Shown here: positions 26,882 through 39,640 of the stretch, one piece after another
Layout: every line of letters begins with the position of its first letter
Numbering within the stretch: position 1 is the first letter of the stretch
Assembly: GCA_002189035.1 (NCBI GenBank)
Contig: CM007991.1
Location: forward strand, 1,488,001-1,552,000
DNA: 64,000 bases
Reading direction: 5' to 3'
From: Utricularia gibba
Taxonomy: Eukaryota; Plantae; Magnoliophyta
Made by a program: the position numbers and the translations under genes
The notes under the pieces: generated by a model
Databases searched by the model: none
Told to the model about the DNA's origin: nothing
What the model saw: the letters and a program-made list of their open reading frames with translations, nothing else

Positions 26882-27901
26882 CTTCTTGAATCACCCACCT
26901 AAAAATCTGAAATCCCGATTGCGAAAAAGGTTGACTTTCAAGGAAACCCAACTCCCAGCACCACCAGGAGTCAGTTACCGAATAATCACAACTACAATAG
27001 GCAAACCCCAGCTCTATGGTATTATCTTCTTCAACAAGGAGATTTGGGAAGAGGATTTTCCCGAAAGCAAGGAATTTATTGTAGGAGAAAGAAAGCAAGA
27101 GTGAGGAGAAGAAAATGCCGTTGTAAGATATAATTACTCTGCACTCCGTAGTACATGTACAAGTAACGAGTCATCAAAATCTCTACTTTTTCTTCAGAAA
27201 TTCAATTCGTCAACATCACCATCGCCGTTTTCATTTCAAGAACTTGCCATCAAAAAACAAACCCCAAGATTTCAATAACTCTTCCCATTTGAAGAACAAA
27301 TCGTAACATTCGAAAGTTTTTACTATATAAAGCAAGAATCTTTGAAGTTCCTAAAAGAAAAGAGAGAAACCCCATTACTCTATTTGATTCGGCAGATGTT
27401 GGGATTTACTGCTCAGAAACTTACATTGATTTTTTCTTTCAGCAGTTTCACCCCAGAAATCACTTTCATAAGTCAATTTTTTTTAAAATAAAAACCGTTA
27501 TTATTGTTACCATATTCTCGTCCTCTATTAATTACAATTGAATATTAAATTATTTCTCTATTATTGATGATAACTGTCGTATTATATTCTATTATTAAAA
27601 ATTAAAAAAGCTTAATGACGGCACAAGAAACAAAAGCCCTTGTCGGCAAAGCTAGTGATCTCTCCTTTTTTAATTATTTAAATTGAAAAATAATTTTATT
27701 CAAAATACCTGAATTTCCTTATTTAATTTTACCGCGGTATATTTCAGTATTAATCTGGTTTGACCGCCTTAAGAAGTGTCATCTGTTCATGATCTCACAT
27801 CAATGGATCAGCATCAAGAACGGGTCTGCAAATTGACCGCGGTATAAAGCACATATTTACTGCCCTTCTTTTACCCAGATTCCTTCTACCATAAGAAACA
27901 G

Positions 27902-29538
27902 CTACGCAGGTGACCGTTGATAGGGATCCGACGGTCAGGGACGCCTTCTGCAGCCCTTTTATCCTCGAACCATTTCAGGACCTTCCTCCGGGGAAGATTG
28001 GTGACATGCACAATGCTGTTTATCATGGCATTCTGCAACCCAGAAGATGCATGTTACGTTATCAGAACTGGTGCATGTGAAAAAAGAAGGGTATAAAGAG
28101 AATCAGGTAATGGGGGTGACAAAAAGATGGTGTCAGTTGCACTCACAGTTGGTCTCTTGGTTCGTCTGTAAACGCGTTCGAGAGTTTCTATGTGAACTTT
28201 CTTCAGCCTCTTTCTTTCAATCCAGTTGCTCTGCATCACATGTACTGGGAGATCCCGTTTGATGGGAGTTTCTCCGGCAGGTGGTGGTGGTGGTGGTGTC
28301 TCCATTTCGATGGGCTTTTCCATGTAGATGGATGGTGGCGGTTTATCTGGCAATGCGGCACTCAACATCACAAGGTTTGGGGGAGGATCACGAAGCAATT
28401 TGAGAACAGTTGGTCTATCGAGGCATAGCTCCGCAGCAAGGCTTTTTATCTGCAAACAAAAGAAGGCCAAATGTTGAAGATCATCAATATTATGTGGTAT
28501 ATGCCAACAAATATAAGCCAAGTTAAGAGAATCATATTATCAACGCTTCATTTGCTGAATTACACCTATCATTTCTCAACTCAGTTTGTGCATAATCTAC
28601 TGTTCAGCACTAGGATTGTACCGAATCCAACTCAAACCAGTGAACTAACATAGCCATCTTCAAGGGGCTTCATCTTAAAAAGACTATGAGAAAGGAACTT
28701 GAAGACACCTCCCACAACTAATGCCTCAGATGAGTAAGTTAGTATCAAGGAAAACCATAGAAACTATGCAAGGACTTACACCAGTCTTGCGACGACCATT
28801 CTTTAGAGCGTAGGCCAATCTTCTGATTTGCCAGTTCTTGAGTTGGACTGGTGTATCGAACTCTTCATTTTCATCCCCCAGTTCATGTTCATCTTTTTCC
28901 TCATAAACATCACCGTCCTGCGTTCCCTTGATTTCTTCAATGTCAGAATGCTCCAAAGCCCCAAGCAATTCGTCATCATCCAGAGCCTCAGCTAGCTCTT
29001 TCTCGAGTTGAGCTAACTCCTCCTCACTTAATTCATCATCCCCATCATCAAGTTCATCATTTTTCAAATCTTCCTCAAGCTGCTGGAAAAGTGCTTCAAA
29101 GGCATCTTCATCCATGTCTTCACCATCTTCTTCCTCAGTTACCTTCTTCTGCCACGATAGAAAGCATATAAATAATTTCATGCCAATTTGTTTACCCATA
29201 CAAACAACAATCTTTGTTAACTGAATTTCCAGGTTCCACGATAATTCCCAAGATACCGCTTTCTTAACCCAGCTATCTAACAGCATCTTGCGCTGAGAGA
29301 ATTACAAATTTTCCAAAACAGGGAAAACGAAAACAAATAGTCGATAAAAAAAGTCTTACCTCGTGGATTTTCTTGGGAGTGGCAGAAGGGGGCGGCGGCC
29401 AGAGAACCTTATACCGCCAGAGGAGCATGAGAATGAGCGTCGAGGAAATGATAGACCGCCGTAAGCGACATTTTTATCGCCGGTGAAGCACAGGAAATTT
29501 TGTGGAGAGAACGATACCCGAAGCGGCGCCACCGCCAT
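27902..29538 (-). CDS. OCP3: OVEREXPRESSOR OF CATIONIC PEROXIDASE 3-like homeodomain protein
   Basis: Acidic region (EDAFEALFQQLEEDLK), LKNWQIRRLAYALKNGRRK, IKSLAAELCLDR and LERVYRRTKRPT/NAMINSIVHVTNLPRRKVLKWFEDKR. A -1 C near the tail restores PYQRSPA*. Confidence 0.88.
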
Positions 29539-30091
29539 ATTACTTACCTTTGGAATTTTGTAATCTGTTCACCAAAACATTACCACTCGTACGCGTATGC
29601 TGCAGCTAGTAGAGTACACGCATCGCCGGAAGAAGTCCTTTTCACTGAGTAGAAGGAGAGGCGAATGAATCTCCAAACACCAAATACTTCAGCATTTCAT
29701 TCGTCTATAAGAAATATAAACCAATACGAAAAAAAAGAGAAAAAATACCAACGTCGGAATAGCTTTGCAGCCCCCGGCAATAACAGACTTCTCGACGACC
29801 TGAAGATGCCGGAGAAGAACAACAAAAGAGGGGATAACAAGAACCAGAGAAGAGACGATAATTCTCCAGACCCAAAATAGTGATACATAATGGGCCTGAG
29901 CCCATCCATAAATAAATGGGTTGGAAGATGAAAATATCTGATGGGCTCAGCCTGAAATCAAATAATGAGTCATTTTAATACGAATTATGTCAAAATAAAT
30001 TTTTAATATTTTCAGCGAAAAAAAAAGGAGTATTTATATAGCGCCATTCTGCTTGAATATTTTGCCATATTCCGATTCTTCCAGTCGAGCC

Positions 30092-31442
30092 ATGACAATC
30101 AGCCGAAAAAAAGTCGCCGTCCTCAAAGGCGAGGCCGTCACCCCGTCAGAAGACGTGGCGGAGCTCCGCCTCCACCTTACTTTCTTTGACCTGTTATGGG
30201 TATTCTTCCACCCGATCCAACGCCTCCTCTTCTTCAATCACCCCATCTCGTCGTCGGAGTTCCTCCAAACCGTCGTTCCTCGCCTCAAAACATCGCTCTC
30301 CAAAGCTCTCTCACGTTACCTTCCCTCGCCGGAAAGTTAATTCTACCCCTTAACTTCGATCCCCGGAGATAGTTTACTCTCCGGGAGACTCTGTGTCGAT
30401 CATCTTCGCTGAAGCTGATCAATCTCTGGATTTCAATTATCTAACCGCTCACCATGCCCGTGACGCCGACGAGTTCTACAACCTCGTCCCTGATTTGCTG
30501 ACGGAATCTGAAGAGGGTTCAGCAAAACGGCAGTTTTAAGCCTTCAGGTAACACTTTTCCCAGAAGCGGGTATATGCATCGGGTTCGCCAACCACCACAC
30601 CGTCGGAGACGCAAGTTCGATAGTAGGATTTATGAGGGATTGGAGTTCAGAATCAAAGCTTGGGCAGAATCAGTTTCAAACTCCAATCGTTGACCGGAGC
30701 ATTGTCAACGATCCTTCTCTCCGGCGGGCAAATATATTCTGGAATCAATTAAAAAGCGGCATATTTAGTATACCATCACCGGAATTCCCTATAAACAAAC
30801 ACCGGGAAACCTTCGTTTTAGGGAAAAACCAGATCCAATTTCTCAAAAACAAGGTACTATCAAAAAACCCCGACACGGAACACTTGTCCGCCTTCACGGT
30901 AACCCTCGGGTACTCATGGGTTTGCTGGGTGAAAGCCGCTGCTGAATCCGGTGAAACAGTCGATGAAAACGAACCCGAGCACTTAGTATTCCCAGTAGAT
31001 GTCCGAAACCGGTTGACCCCCCTCTTCCAGAAACATATTTCGGCAACTGTTTAGGCATCGTGTTCACGGGATCCACACACGGGAAACTGAAATCGGAAGA
31101 TGGGTTCTTCGAAGCGGTTGATTTGATCGGAGAAAGTATTCGCGAGAAGGTGAACAGGAAGAATGAAATAATGAAAGATGCAGATGACTGGGTGCTGAAA
31201 TTGACCCTCTGCTGGGTAAGCGTCTCTTCGGGGTGTCAGGTTCGCCTCGATTCAATTTGTACGATGCTGATTTCGGTTGGGGGAAAGCGAACAAGTTCGA
31301 GGTGGTGTCCATTGACGGAGATCAAGGGATCTCACTCTCGAGGTCGCCGGAGTTCGAAGGAGGTCTCGAGATCGGATTATCTGCTTCAGAGAAGAAGATG
31401 AAAGCCTTTGCACGCTTCTTTCATGAAATGCTGTCGCTCTAA
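30092..31442 (+). CDS. BAHD acyltransferase copy 1 (anthocyanin/flavonoid malonyltransferase-like clade), probably intact apart from five -1 homopolymer lesions
   Basis: HXXXD motif (HTVGD), YFGNC and DFGWG are present. All frame breaks are single missing C or G bases in runs (near 30322, 30363, 30518, 31016 and 31206); four are directly restored by alignment to copy 2. Confidence 0.8.
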
Positions 31443-32531
31443 ATAAAACGCAAGCAAACGGTGTCCTTCGTAGCTCCCGTCTTCCCCAGCGGCGACAACT
31501 CGCCGGCGATAGCATCGTCGTCATGTAATGTCGCATTAAAAAAATTCAGCTAATTTACTCGTTGACCATCTCTAAAAAAAAGTGAAAATAAAACACACGA
31601 ATTTTCTTGTCGAGTAGCAATTGGGCTTATTGGGCCGGGAAATTGGGATATAACCCAGACGAAACAGGCCCGCTTTCCATATGCTGTGCGGTGGTGGGGT
31701 ACGAATCCCGTGTTGCTCGCGTGCTCTGCTTCCTAGGTGCACCCCCACCGCTTTCATGCTTCCCAGCCACTCCCATCTATTTTCACCTCCCTAAAACTCG
31801 GAGGGAATTTCGCATCCGGTGGGGATGCATTACACAATAAAAATACCATGAGAATCATCCAAAAATCATACCTAAATTAATTTCCATGGCGTGTCCCCGC
31901 TAGGCCGCTACCTAAGGAACGTTTGTTTGAATGAAAATCTAACCTCAAGCCCGTGGGTCCGTCCTATTCTACTTTAAAAAACATTAGGTTTTAGCCTATA
32001 TATTGATGATTCGAAATTATCTCGTGCTTTTTTGTCCGAAGCCCGAAATCCAAAGCCCTTAGGATTATTGGGTTTAGAGCCCAAAAACACGACGGGACTA
32101 AGGTCAACTTGAGAAAATGATTTTTATGTATTATAATTATAATTATTTTAATTTTAAATAATTTTAATTCATTATATATATATTATTTTGTTTTTTGGAT
32201 AAATAATATGAATTAATAAGTTATATAATAATTATAAATTCTTTTTATAAATTATTTAAATAATGGTAAATATATATTAATGTTTAATAATTTCTTAAAA
32301 TATTTTTTTCAATATCTGGTAGGCCCGTGGGCGACCCGCCCGACCCAATAAATAAATGGGCTGGAAGATGAAAATATCTGATGGGCTCAGCCTGAAATCA
32401 AATATGAGTCATTTTAACACCAATTATTTTCAAAATAAATTTTAAATATTTTCAGCAAAAAAAAAAAGAGTATTTATATAGCGGCATTCTGCTTGAATCT
32501 TTTGCCATATTCCGATTCCTCCAGTCGAGCC

Positions 32532-33812
32532 ATGACAATCAGCCGAAAAAAAATCGCCGTCCTCAAAGGCGAGGCCGTCACCCCGTCAGAAGGCATGGCG
32601 GAGCTCCGCCTCCACCTTACTTTCTTCGATCTGGTGTGGGTATTCTTCCACCCTATGCAACGCCTCCTCTTCTTCAAGCACCCCATCACGTCATCGGAAT
32701 TCCTCCAAACCGTCGTTCCTCGCCTCAAAACATCGCTCTCCAAAGCTCTCTCACGTTACCTTCCCCTCGCCGGAAAGTTAATTCAACCCATTAACTTGGA
32801 TTCCCTGGAGATAGTTTACTCTCCGGGAGACTCTGTGTCGACCATCTTCGCTGAAGCTGATCAATCTCTGGATTTCAATCATCTAACCGCTCACCATGCC
32901 CGCGACGCCGACGAGTTCTACAACCTCGTCCCTGATTTGTTGACGGAATCTGAAGAGGGGTTCAGCAAAACGGCAATTTTAAGCCTTCAGGTGACACTGT
33001 TCCCTGAAGCCGGTATATGCATTGGGTTCGCCAACCACCACACCGTCGGAGACGCAAGTTCGATGGTAGGATTTATCAGGGATTGGAGTTCAGAATCGAA
33101 GCTTGGGCAGAATCAGCTTCAAGCTCCAATGCTCGACCGGAGCTTGGTCAACGACCCTTCTCTCCGGCGGGCAAATATATTCTGGAATCAAGTAACAAGC
33201 TTCAAAATCAGTGTGCCACCACCGAAATTCCCTGTAAACAAACACCGGGAAACCTTCGTTTTAGGGAAAAACCAGATCCAATTTCTCAAAAACAAGGTAC
33301 TATCAAAAAACCCCGACACGGAACACTTGTCCTCTTTCACGGTAGCCCTCGGGTACTCATGGGTTTGCTGGGTGAAATCTGCTGCTGAATCCGGTGAAAC
33401 AATCGATGAAAACGAACTCGAACACTTAATATTCCCAGTAGATGTCCGAAACCGGGTCGACCCCCCTCTTCCAGAAACATACTTCGGCAACTGTTTAGGC
33501 TTCGTGTTCACGGGATCCACGCACGGGAAACTGACATCGGAAGATGGGTTCGTCGAAGCGGTTGATTTGATCAAGGTGAACAGGAAGAATGAAATAATGA
33601 AAGATGCAGATGACTGGATGCTGGCAGTGGCACCTCTGATGGGTAAGCGCCTGTTCGGGGTGTCGGGTTCGCCTCGATTCAATTTCTACGAAGCTGATTT
33701 CGGTTGGGGGAAAGCAAACAAGTTCAAGTTCGCCGGAGTTCGAAGGAGGTCTGGAGATCGGATTATCTGCTTCACCGAAGAAGATGGAAGCTTTTGCACA
33801 CTTCTTTCATGA
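32532..33812 (+). pseudogene. BAHD acyltransferase copy 2 with an 18-nt in-frame deletion and a net 41-nt frameshifting deletion after DFGWG
   Basis: Continuous ORF with HTVGD, YFGNC and DFGWG. Relative to copy 1 it lacks GESIRE at 33573 and EVVSIDGDQGISLSR at about 33726, which gives an aberrant C-terminus (KFAGVRRRSGDRIICF...). Confidence 0.65.
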
Positions 33813-34589
33813 AATGCTGTCGGTCTAAACAAAACGCAATCCAACGGTGAGCTTGGTGTCCTTTTGCATGCAGACTATCGTTTGTCTTTCCCGTCTGCAC
33901 CAGCGCCGACAACTCTCCGACGAAAGCATCGTTGTCATGTTTCCATTTTTTTATAAATAATTGATGAGATTCAATGTTGCATTCAAATAATTCGGGAAAT
34001 TTACTCGTTGACCCCATCTCTAAAAAAAATTGAAAACAAAAACACTAATTTAGAGAAATCCATATCTTCTTGTCGGGTAGCAATTGGGCTTATTGGGCCG
34101 GGAAATTGGGATATAACCCAGACGAACCAGGCCCGTTTTCTGTATGCTGGGCGATGGTGGGGTACGAATCCCGTGTTGCTCGCGTGCTCTGTTTCCTAGG
34201 TGCACCCCCACCGCTTTCATGCTTTCCAGCCACTCCCATCTATTTTCACCTCCCCTAAAACTCGGAGAGAATATCGCATCCAGTGGGCACGCGTTACACA
34301 ATAAAAATACCATGAGAATCCTCCAAAAATCATACCTAAATTAATTTCCAGAGCATGTCCCCACTACCTAGGATGCTTTTGTTTGACATAACGGTGGGGT
34401 CCACTTGTACGTATTTTGGAAATTCGGGCACATGCTGAAAAGACATAAAAGCCCTCCTTCCGGTCACGTTTCCTGTTTGCCCGCTTGCTCGTCTTGCGCA
34501 CTTTCGCCATTTATTTATTGATTTTTTGCGTATCAGTTTGTCGCGGAGTAGGAGAGAACAAGAACTGCTGCTGAGCGCAACGGAAGGGA

Positions 34590-37500
34590 ATGGCATCCGG
34601 CATTAAAAATGCCGGCACGAAGGCAACCATTCTACGTTCCTCGTTTCCTAAACCTAAGCATCAGTCGTCGAATACTCGTCGGAGTTTTTCGGTTCCCAAT
34701 GGCGCTGAATCCGGTGAGCTTTACTATTTTTTCTCAGAATTTTTAATTTGCATTTCTCTATTTCGGATTATGTTGCATTGTGTTCTTGGATGGGTAATTA
34801 TTTTTTTCTGGTATTGATCGTGCAGTTTCTGGAAGAGTTCGTGTCGCGGTGAGATTGAGACCTCGAAATCCTGAAGAAATGGCGGCGGATGCTGATTTTG
34901 CGGATTGTGTGGAGTTGCAACCAGAGGTTATTGAGTTTCTCTTTTTTGCTGTAATTTAAACCTGTTAAGGAGATTGAGCGTTGGAATTCGTTTATATCGT
35001 TGCAATTTTTTATTTTATGTTTTTCTTCACAGCTTAAAAGGTTGAAACTGCGGAAAAACAATTGGGAATCAGATACTTATGAGTTTGATGAGGTTCTTAC
35101 AGAAATTGCTTCGCAGAAGCGTGTTTATGAAGTTGTTGCCAAGCCTGTTGTTGAGGTAATTACGCCCTTTGAACATGTGGAGGACATTTGAAACTCTGCA
35201 GCACTTCCTTTGTGTGTGCCTTGGATTAGAATGCTAAATGATGCAATATACTCAACTATTTTTCCCAATCAACATGTTGATTTTCCGAATTTGTCATTTC
35301 AATTCGATAATGCACCAGTAATGTAACCTTTACCATTTATTTCCCAGAGTGTGTTAGATGGATAAAACGGCACTGTGATGGCATACGGTCAAACGGGTAC
35401 CGGGAAGACTTATACACTTGGAGGACTAGGTGATGAAGATACTTCAGCTCGTGGTATAATGGTTCGATCAATGGAAGACATACTTTCAAGCGTATCTCCC
35501 ATTAGTGATTCTATCTCTGTTTCATACCTCCAGGTTGCTGAGTCTGGTCTTTTTACAGTTTGATTTTGATTAAACGTAGATTAGCAAATGAACCTTATGG
35601 ATAATTATTTTTTCCTTGTAGCTCTATATGGAAACCATCCAGGATCTGCTGAATCCGGCAAATGATAATATTTCAATAGTTGAAGACCAAAGAACTGGCG
35701 ATGTTTCTTTACCTGGGGCAACTTTAGTGGAAATAAGGGAACAGCCAACTTTTCTTGAACTCTTACGGTTGGGGGAAGCTCATAGGATTGCAGCTAACAC
35801 CAAACTTAACACTGAGTCTTCTCGTAGCCATGCGATTCTTATGGTGAGTGGTTATATACATTATACTCCGCAATATTCCACTTTCCTATTTGTATTTCTT
35901 AGGCAATGAAATAACAATTAGTGATCCAGGTGCATGTGAAGAGGTGCATATCAACCTCAGATGATGACTTTTCAATTGAAAGTCAGGATCGCCATAATTT
36001 GGTTTTAAATTTGTCTCCACCATTGGTACATAAGGGCAAGCTGATCGTTGTGGATCTTGCTGGCTCTGAACGTGTTCACAAATCAGGTTTTCTGATCTCC
36101 AAAATGCCAGATTACCAAAAGATTCGTTTTTTCGCTTTTCTCCTCTGCTTTCTCTAGAATTATCTTAATAGGCACCCATCCCTGTCAACATTTTTTATTC
36201 GCTGCAGTTTGGCTGAAACTGTTTGCTTTCCTTAGATCTTGTTTTCTTCCTGAAGGAAGTGAGGGACATATGCTGGAGGAAGCCAAGTCTATAAATCTTT
36301 CACTTAGCGCTCTGGGAAAATGCATAAATGCCTTGGCAGAAAATAGTCCTCATGTTCCAGTTCGTGATTCAAAGCTTACGAGATTACTAAAAGATTCATT
36401 TGGAGGTGATTTTTTTTCCTTTTTTAGATTTATCTAGAATGAATTATATTCATGTTAGAAATTTAAAGCTTTTGATTGTGCATATGAAATGTGTTTTCTC
36501 ATTTTGGAACCTTCATATATGGTGTTTTGGGATCTAATATGTGATGCTCTTGCACGTGGCTTAACCTGTGTCCCTCGTACCAGGAACATCTAGAACTTCA
36601 CTGGTTATCACGATTGGTCCTTCTCCACGCCATCGAGCAGAGACTGCTAGTACTATATTGTTTGGGCAAAGAGTGAGTAGCTAGGCAGAAAATGATGGAT
36701 TTGAGACAAGTAGCAATATGAGTTCAATATCAGGTGAGAATTTATGACTTTGATTTGATTATAGGCTATGAAAGTGGAGAACATGCTAAAAATAAAGGAG
36801 GAATTCGATTACAAGAGCTTATCCAAACAACTTCAAATGGAGATAGATAAATTGATTGCCGAAAATGAAAGACAGCAAAAACATTACGAAAACGAGATTG
36901 AGAGAATTAGATTAGAAGCACAGAAGCGTGTTGCTGAGGCAGAAAGAAATTATGTGGAAGCCTTGGAGGTACTTTTTCATTATAGTTGTGGAGTTCGAGG
37001 TGTTTCTTACACAAGTAGAGAAATTTCGTGTAAGCGTATTGTCTTCCGCAGCTACTATGCTGTTTCCTACATTTTCTTTCTTTGCAATCAGGAGGAGAAA
37101 ACTAAATGTCAGATGGATTATATGGAATCAATTAAGAAGCTGGAGGAGAAGTGGGCTTATAATCAGCAAAAGCATGCCATGAATGGAGAGGTAGGGACTT
37201 TTTCTTATTGTCTCCACACGAGTGCTTGCCTAAAACAATGTGTATATATTTGTTTGGAACATGTTTTTGATAATCTTTTCAGGGTCAGAAAGGTACTGGT
37301 AGTGGAGAGGCCCCTGAGCTGCAAGCTTTGCTTCAAAAAGAAATTAATCTCCGGAAGGCTGCAGAAGAAGAAAATCAAAAGTTGAACAACAAGTTAATCA
37401 ATTTCTCAAAGGTGGAGATCGTTTATTTGTCATATGTTGGATGTCCAATTATGGTGGTCCTTGAACTCTCTTTCATGCAGTTGGTAGATGGGAACCTCCA

Positions 37501-39432
37501 ACAAATTCTTGAAGAGGAGTCGTATCAAAAGAAGAAGCTTGAAGAAGAAGTGAGCATTTTGCGTAATCAGTTGGCACAGTTTTCTGTAGAAATTAATCAG
37601 GTATGCTTTTGATATACTTGGTATATTATACATCATTTGCACTGAACTTCGGCACATCTTTTTTATTTTTCCAGTTCTGTATCGTTATTTCTTCATTAGA
37701 AACAGGATGTCCATTCTTCTTAGTTGTCTTCTAGATGAATTCGTGTGTTCAAGTTTAACTTATTTTATCTCAATTTGCCTGCTCACAGACCAGAAGTTAC
37801 TCTGACATAGGCAACGGGAAATCCCTACGCATGATGAGTTGCTCTTCACCACTAAATTATGCACATTCCAGACATAATGATAACGGAGAAAGGACATCAA
37901 TTTCTAACCTTCATGAGCAAGGTGCTGATTATTATTATTGCTGTTGTTCTTATTATTACTACTCCTTTTATTTGTTTCTCGAATATAATTTAAATACATT
38001 ATGATTTTGACCTTTGCATGCTTAGAAATTTGTTTATCTGACAGTTGGACTGCAAAAGATATTGTCTCTGTTGGAATCTGAAGATGCTAATGTGCAGATT
38101 CATGCGGTGAAAGTTATAGCCAACTTAGCTGCAGAAGGTAATTCAACCTTCCCACAGTCGCATGTTATCTGCCTTCAATCCAATCGCCGTGTGTTAGTAC
38201 ATCTTGTTATTTCAGAGAAGTTTGGTGTGCTTATGTAATTATATTGCAGAGGCGAATCAGGAAAAGATAGTTGAAGCCGGTGGTCTCACTTCATTACTGA
38301 TGCTTCTGAGAAAGCATGAGGATGAATCAATTCGCAGGATTGCAGCTGGTGCAATAGCCAATCTTGCCATGAATGGTAACTACTTATACGTATTTTGCAT
38401 CTGTACTCCCCCGAACCTTGAAGGTTGCATGAACTTTTTTTATGTAAAATACTTCCCCCGAAACCATGAACAATTTTCAGAGTCCAATCAAGAACTCATC
38501 ATATCTCAAGGTGGGGTACCTCTCTTAGCTATGACTGCCACTGATGCTGAAGATCCTCAGACACTGCGAATGGTCGCTGGTGCAATAGCTAATTTATGTG
38601 GAAATGGTATTTATTTTTGCTGTATTGTTCCCCTACTGCTCAAATGTTATCTGTGTTCTCTCCTTGTTTTTTTTTTTTATTTCTTATATCAACTAATAAA
38701 CATGGTTTCCCAGATAAACTGCAAACCAGGCTGAGATCAGAAGGTGGGATCAAAGCTCTACTGGCGATGGTGAGATCTAGGCATCTAGATGTTCTTTCTC
38801 AAGTAGCCCGTGGCATCGCCAACTTTGCAAAATGTGAATCTAGGGTCGCAACCCAAGGTAAAAGATCAATAGATACTTCATAAACATCTCTGCAATCTTC
38901 TGAATCAGCTTCATGATCACCTAATCTGGAGCAATCACACACTGGAACTATTGCTGAACTACATGACACTGCATCTGCAAAATCGCAAATCGTTCCGCCT
39001 TGTTGCATGTAATTGAATGGCGATATAAAATGGCTTCCTTTGCAGGCATGAGACCTGGGCCTTCCCTACTAGTTGAAGATGGAGCCTTGCCATGGATCGT
39101 ACAGAATGCCAACAATGAAGCATCACTAATCAGACGTCATGTCGAGCTCGCCCTCTGCCACCTCGCACAACACGGTAACACGTTTACAGCATTCTCTTCT
39201 CAGGATGCGCAACAGAGCATGCTCTTAATTAATCACTCATGACAACCCTTCCCGTTCCTCCCCCCTTCCAGAGGTGAACGCAAAGGACTTGATCAGCAGC
39301 GGAGCGCTCTGGGAACTGCTCCGTATTTCTCGTGAGTGCTCCCGCGACGACATCAAGGCACTCGCTCATCGAACTCTCACATCCAGTCCAATCTTCCAAG
39401 CCGAGATGCGGAGATTGAGGGTAGAGATGTAA
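34590..39432 (+). CDS. ARK: Armadillo repeat-containing kinesin (ARK2/ARK3-like); in-frame TAA at 35363 as read
   Basis: Motor motifs [21 protein letters not shown] (P-loop), [11 protein letters not shown] and VDLAGSER. Coiled coil and ARM repeats follow ([31 protein letters not shown]), ending [10 protein letters not shown]. Confidence 0.92.
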
Positions 39433-39622
39433 AAAAAAAAAGATTCATGGAGCGGCGCCGCGCTCCGAGCCCAGGACCCAGCCCTTCTCACAGAAGCTGC
39501 ACCATGAAATGTGATCACCGGCCGGCCATCTTGTACCAGCCCTCCAGGTAACTTGATTTTGCTGCTTCCGGGTCAATTCTGGTTTCATCGGGGGTCGGGC
39601 CCACAATCTTCAATATCCCAAA

Positions 39623-39640
39623 CCCCCCCCCCCCCCCCCC
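39623..39640. repeat. Poly-C tract (C18)
   Basis: Eighteen consecutive C bases downstream of the kinesin stop. Confidence 0.9.

Larger units (their letters stand above)
29908..34368 (+). repeat. Tandem segmental duplication, units about 29908-31902 and 32348-34368
   Basis: Upstream flanks are near-identical (AATAAATGGG(T/C)TGGAAGATGAAAATATCTGATGGGCTCAGCC), as are the coding regions and the downstream flanks (...AATCATACCTAAATTAATTTCCA). The offset at the left edge is about 2440 bp. Confidence 0.95.

Noticed and set aside
31698-31709. B-box-like GGTACGAATCCC (also at 34161-34172) suggesting a tRNA or SINE
   Set aside because: It mismatches the GTTC core, has no A-box at suitable spacing, and no cloverleaf can be formed.
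22979-33812. CXE plus two BAHDs as a biosynthetic gene cluster
   Set aside because: There is no scaffold-forming enzyme, P450 or glycosyltransferase, and unrelated genes (CLB1, OCP3) lie between them. Proximity is expected at this gene density.
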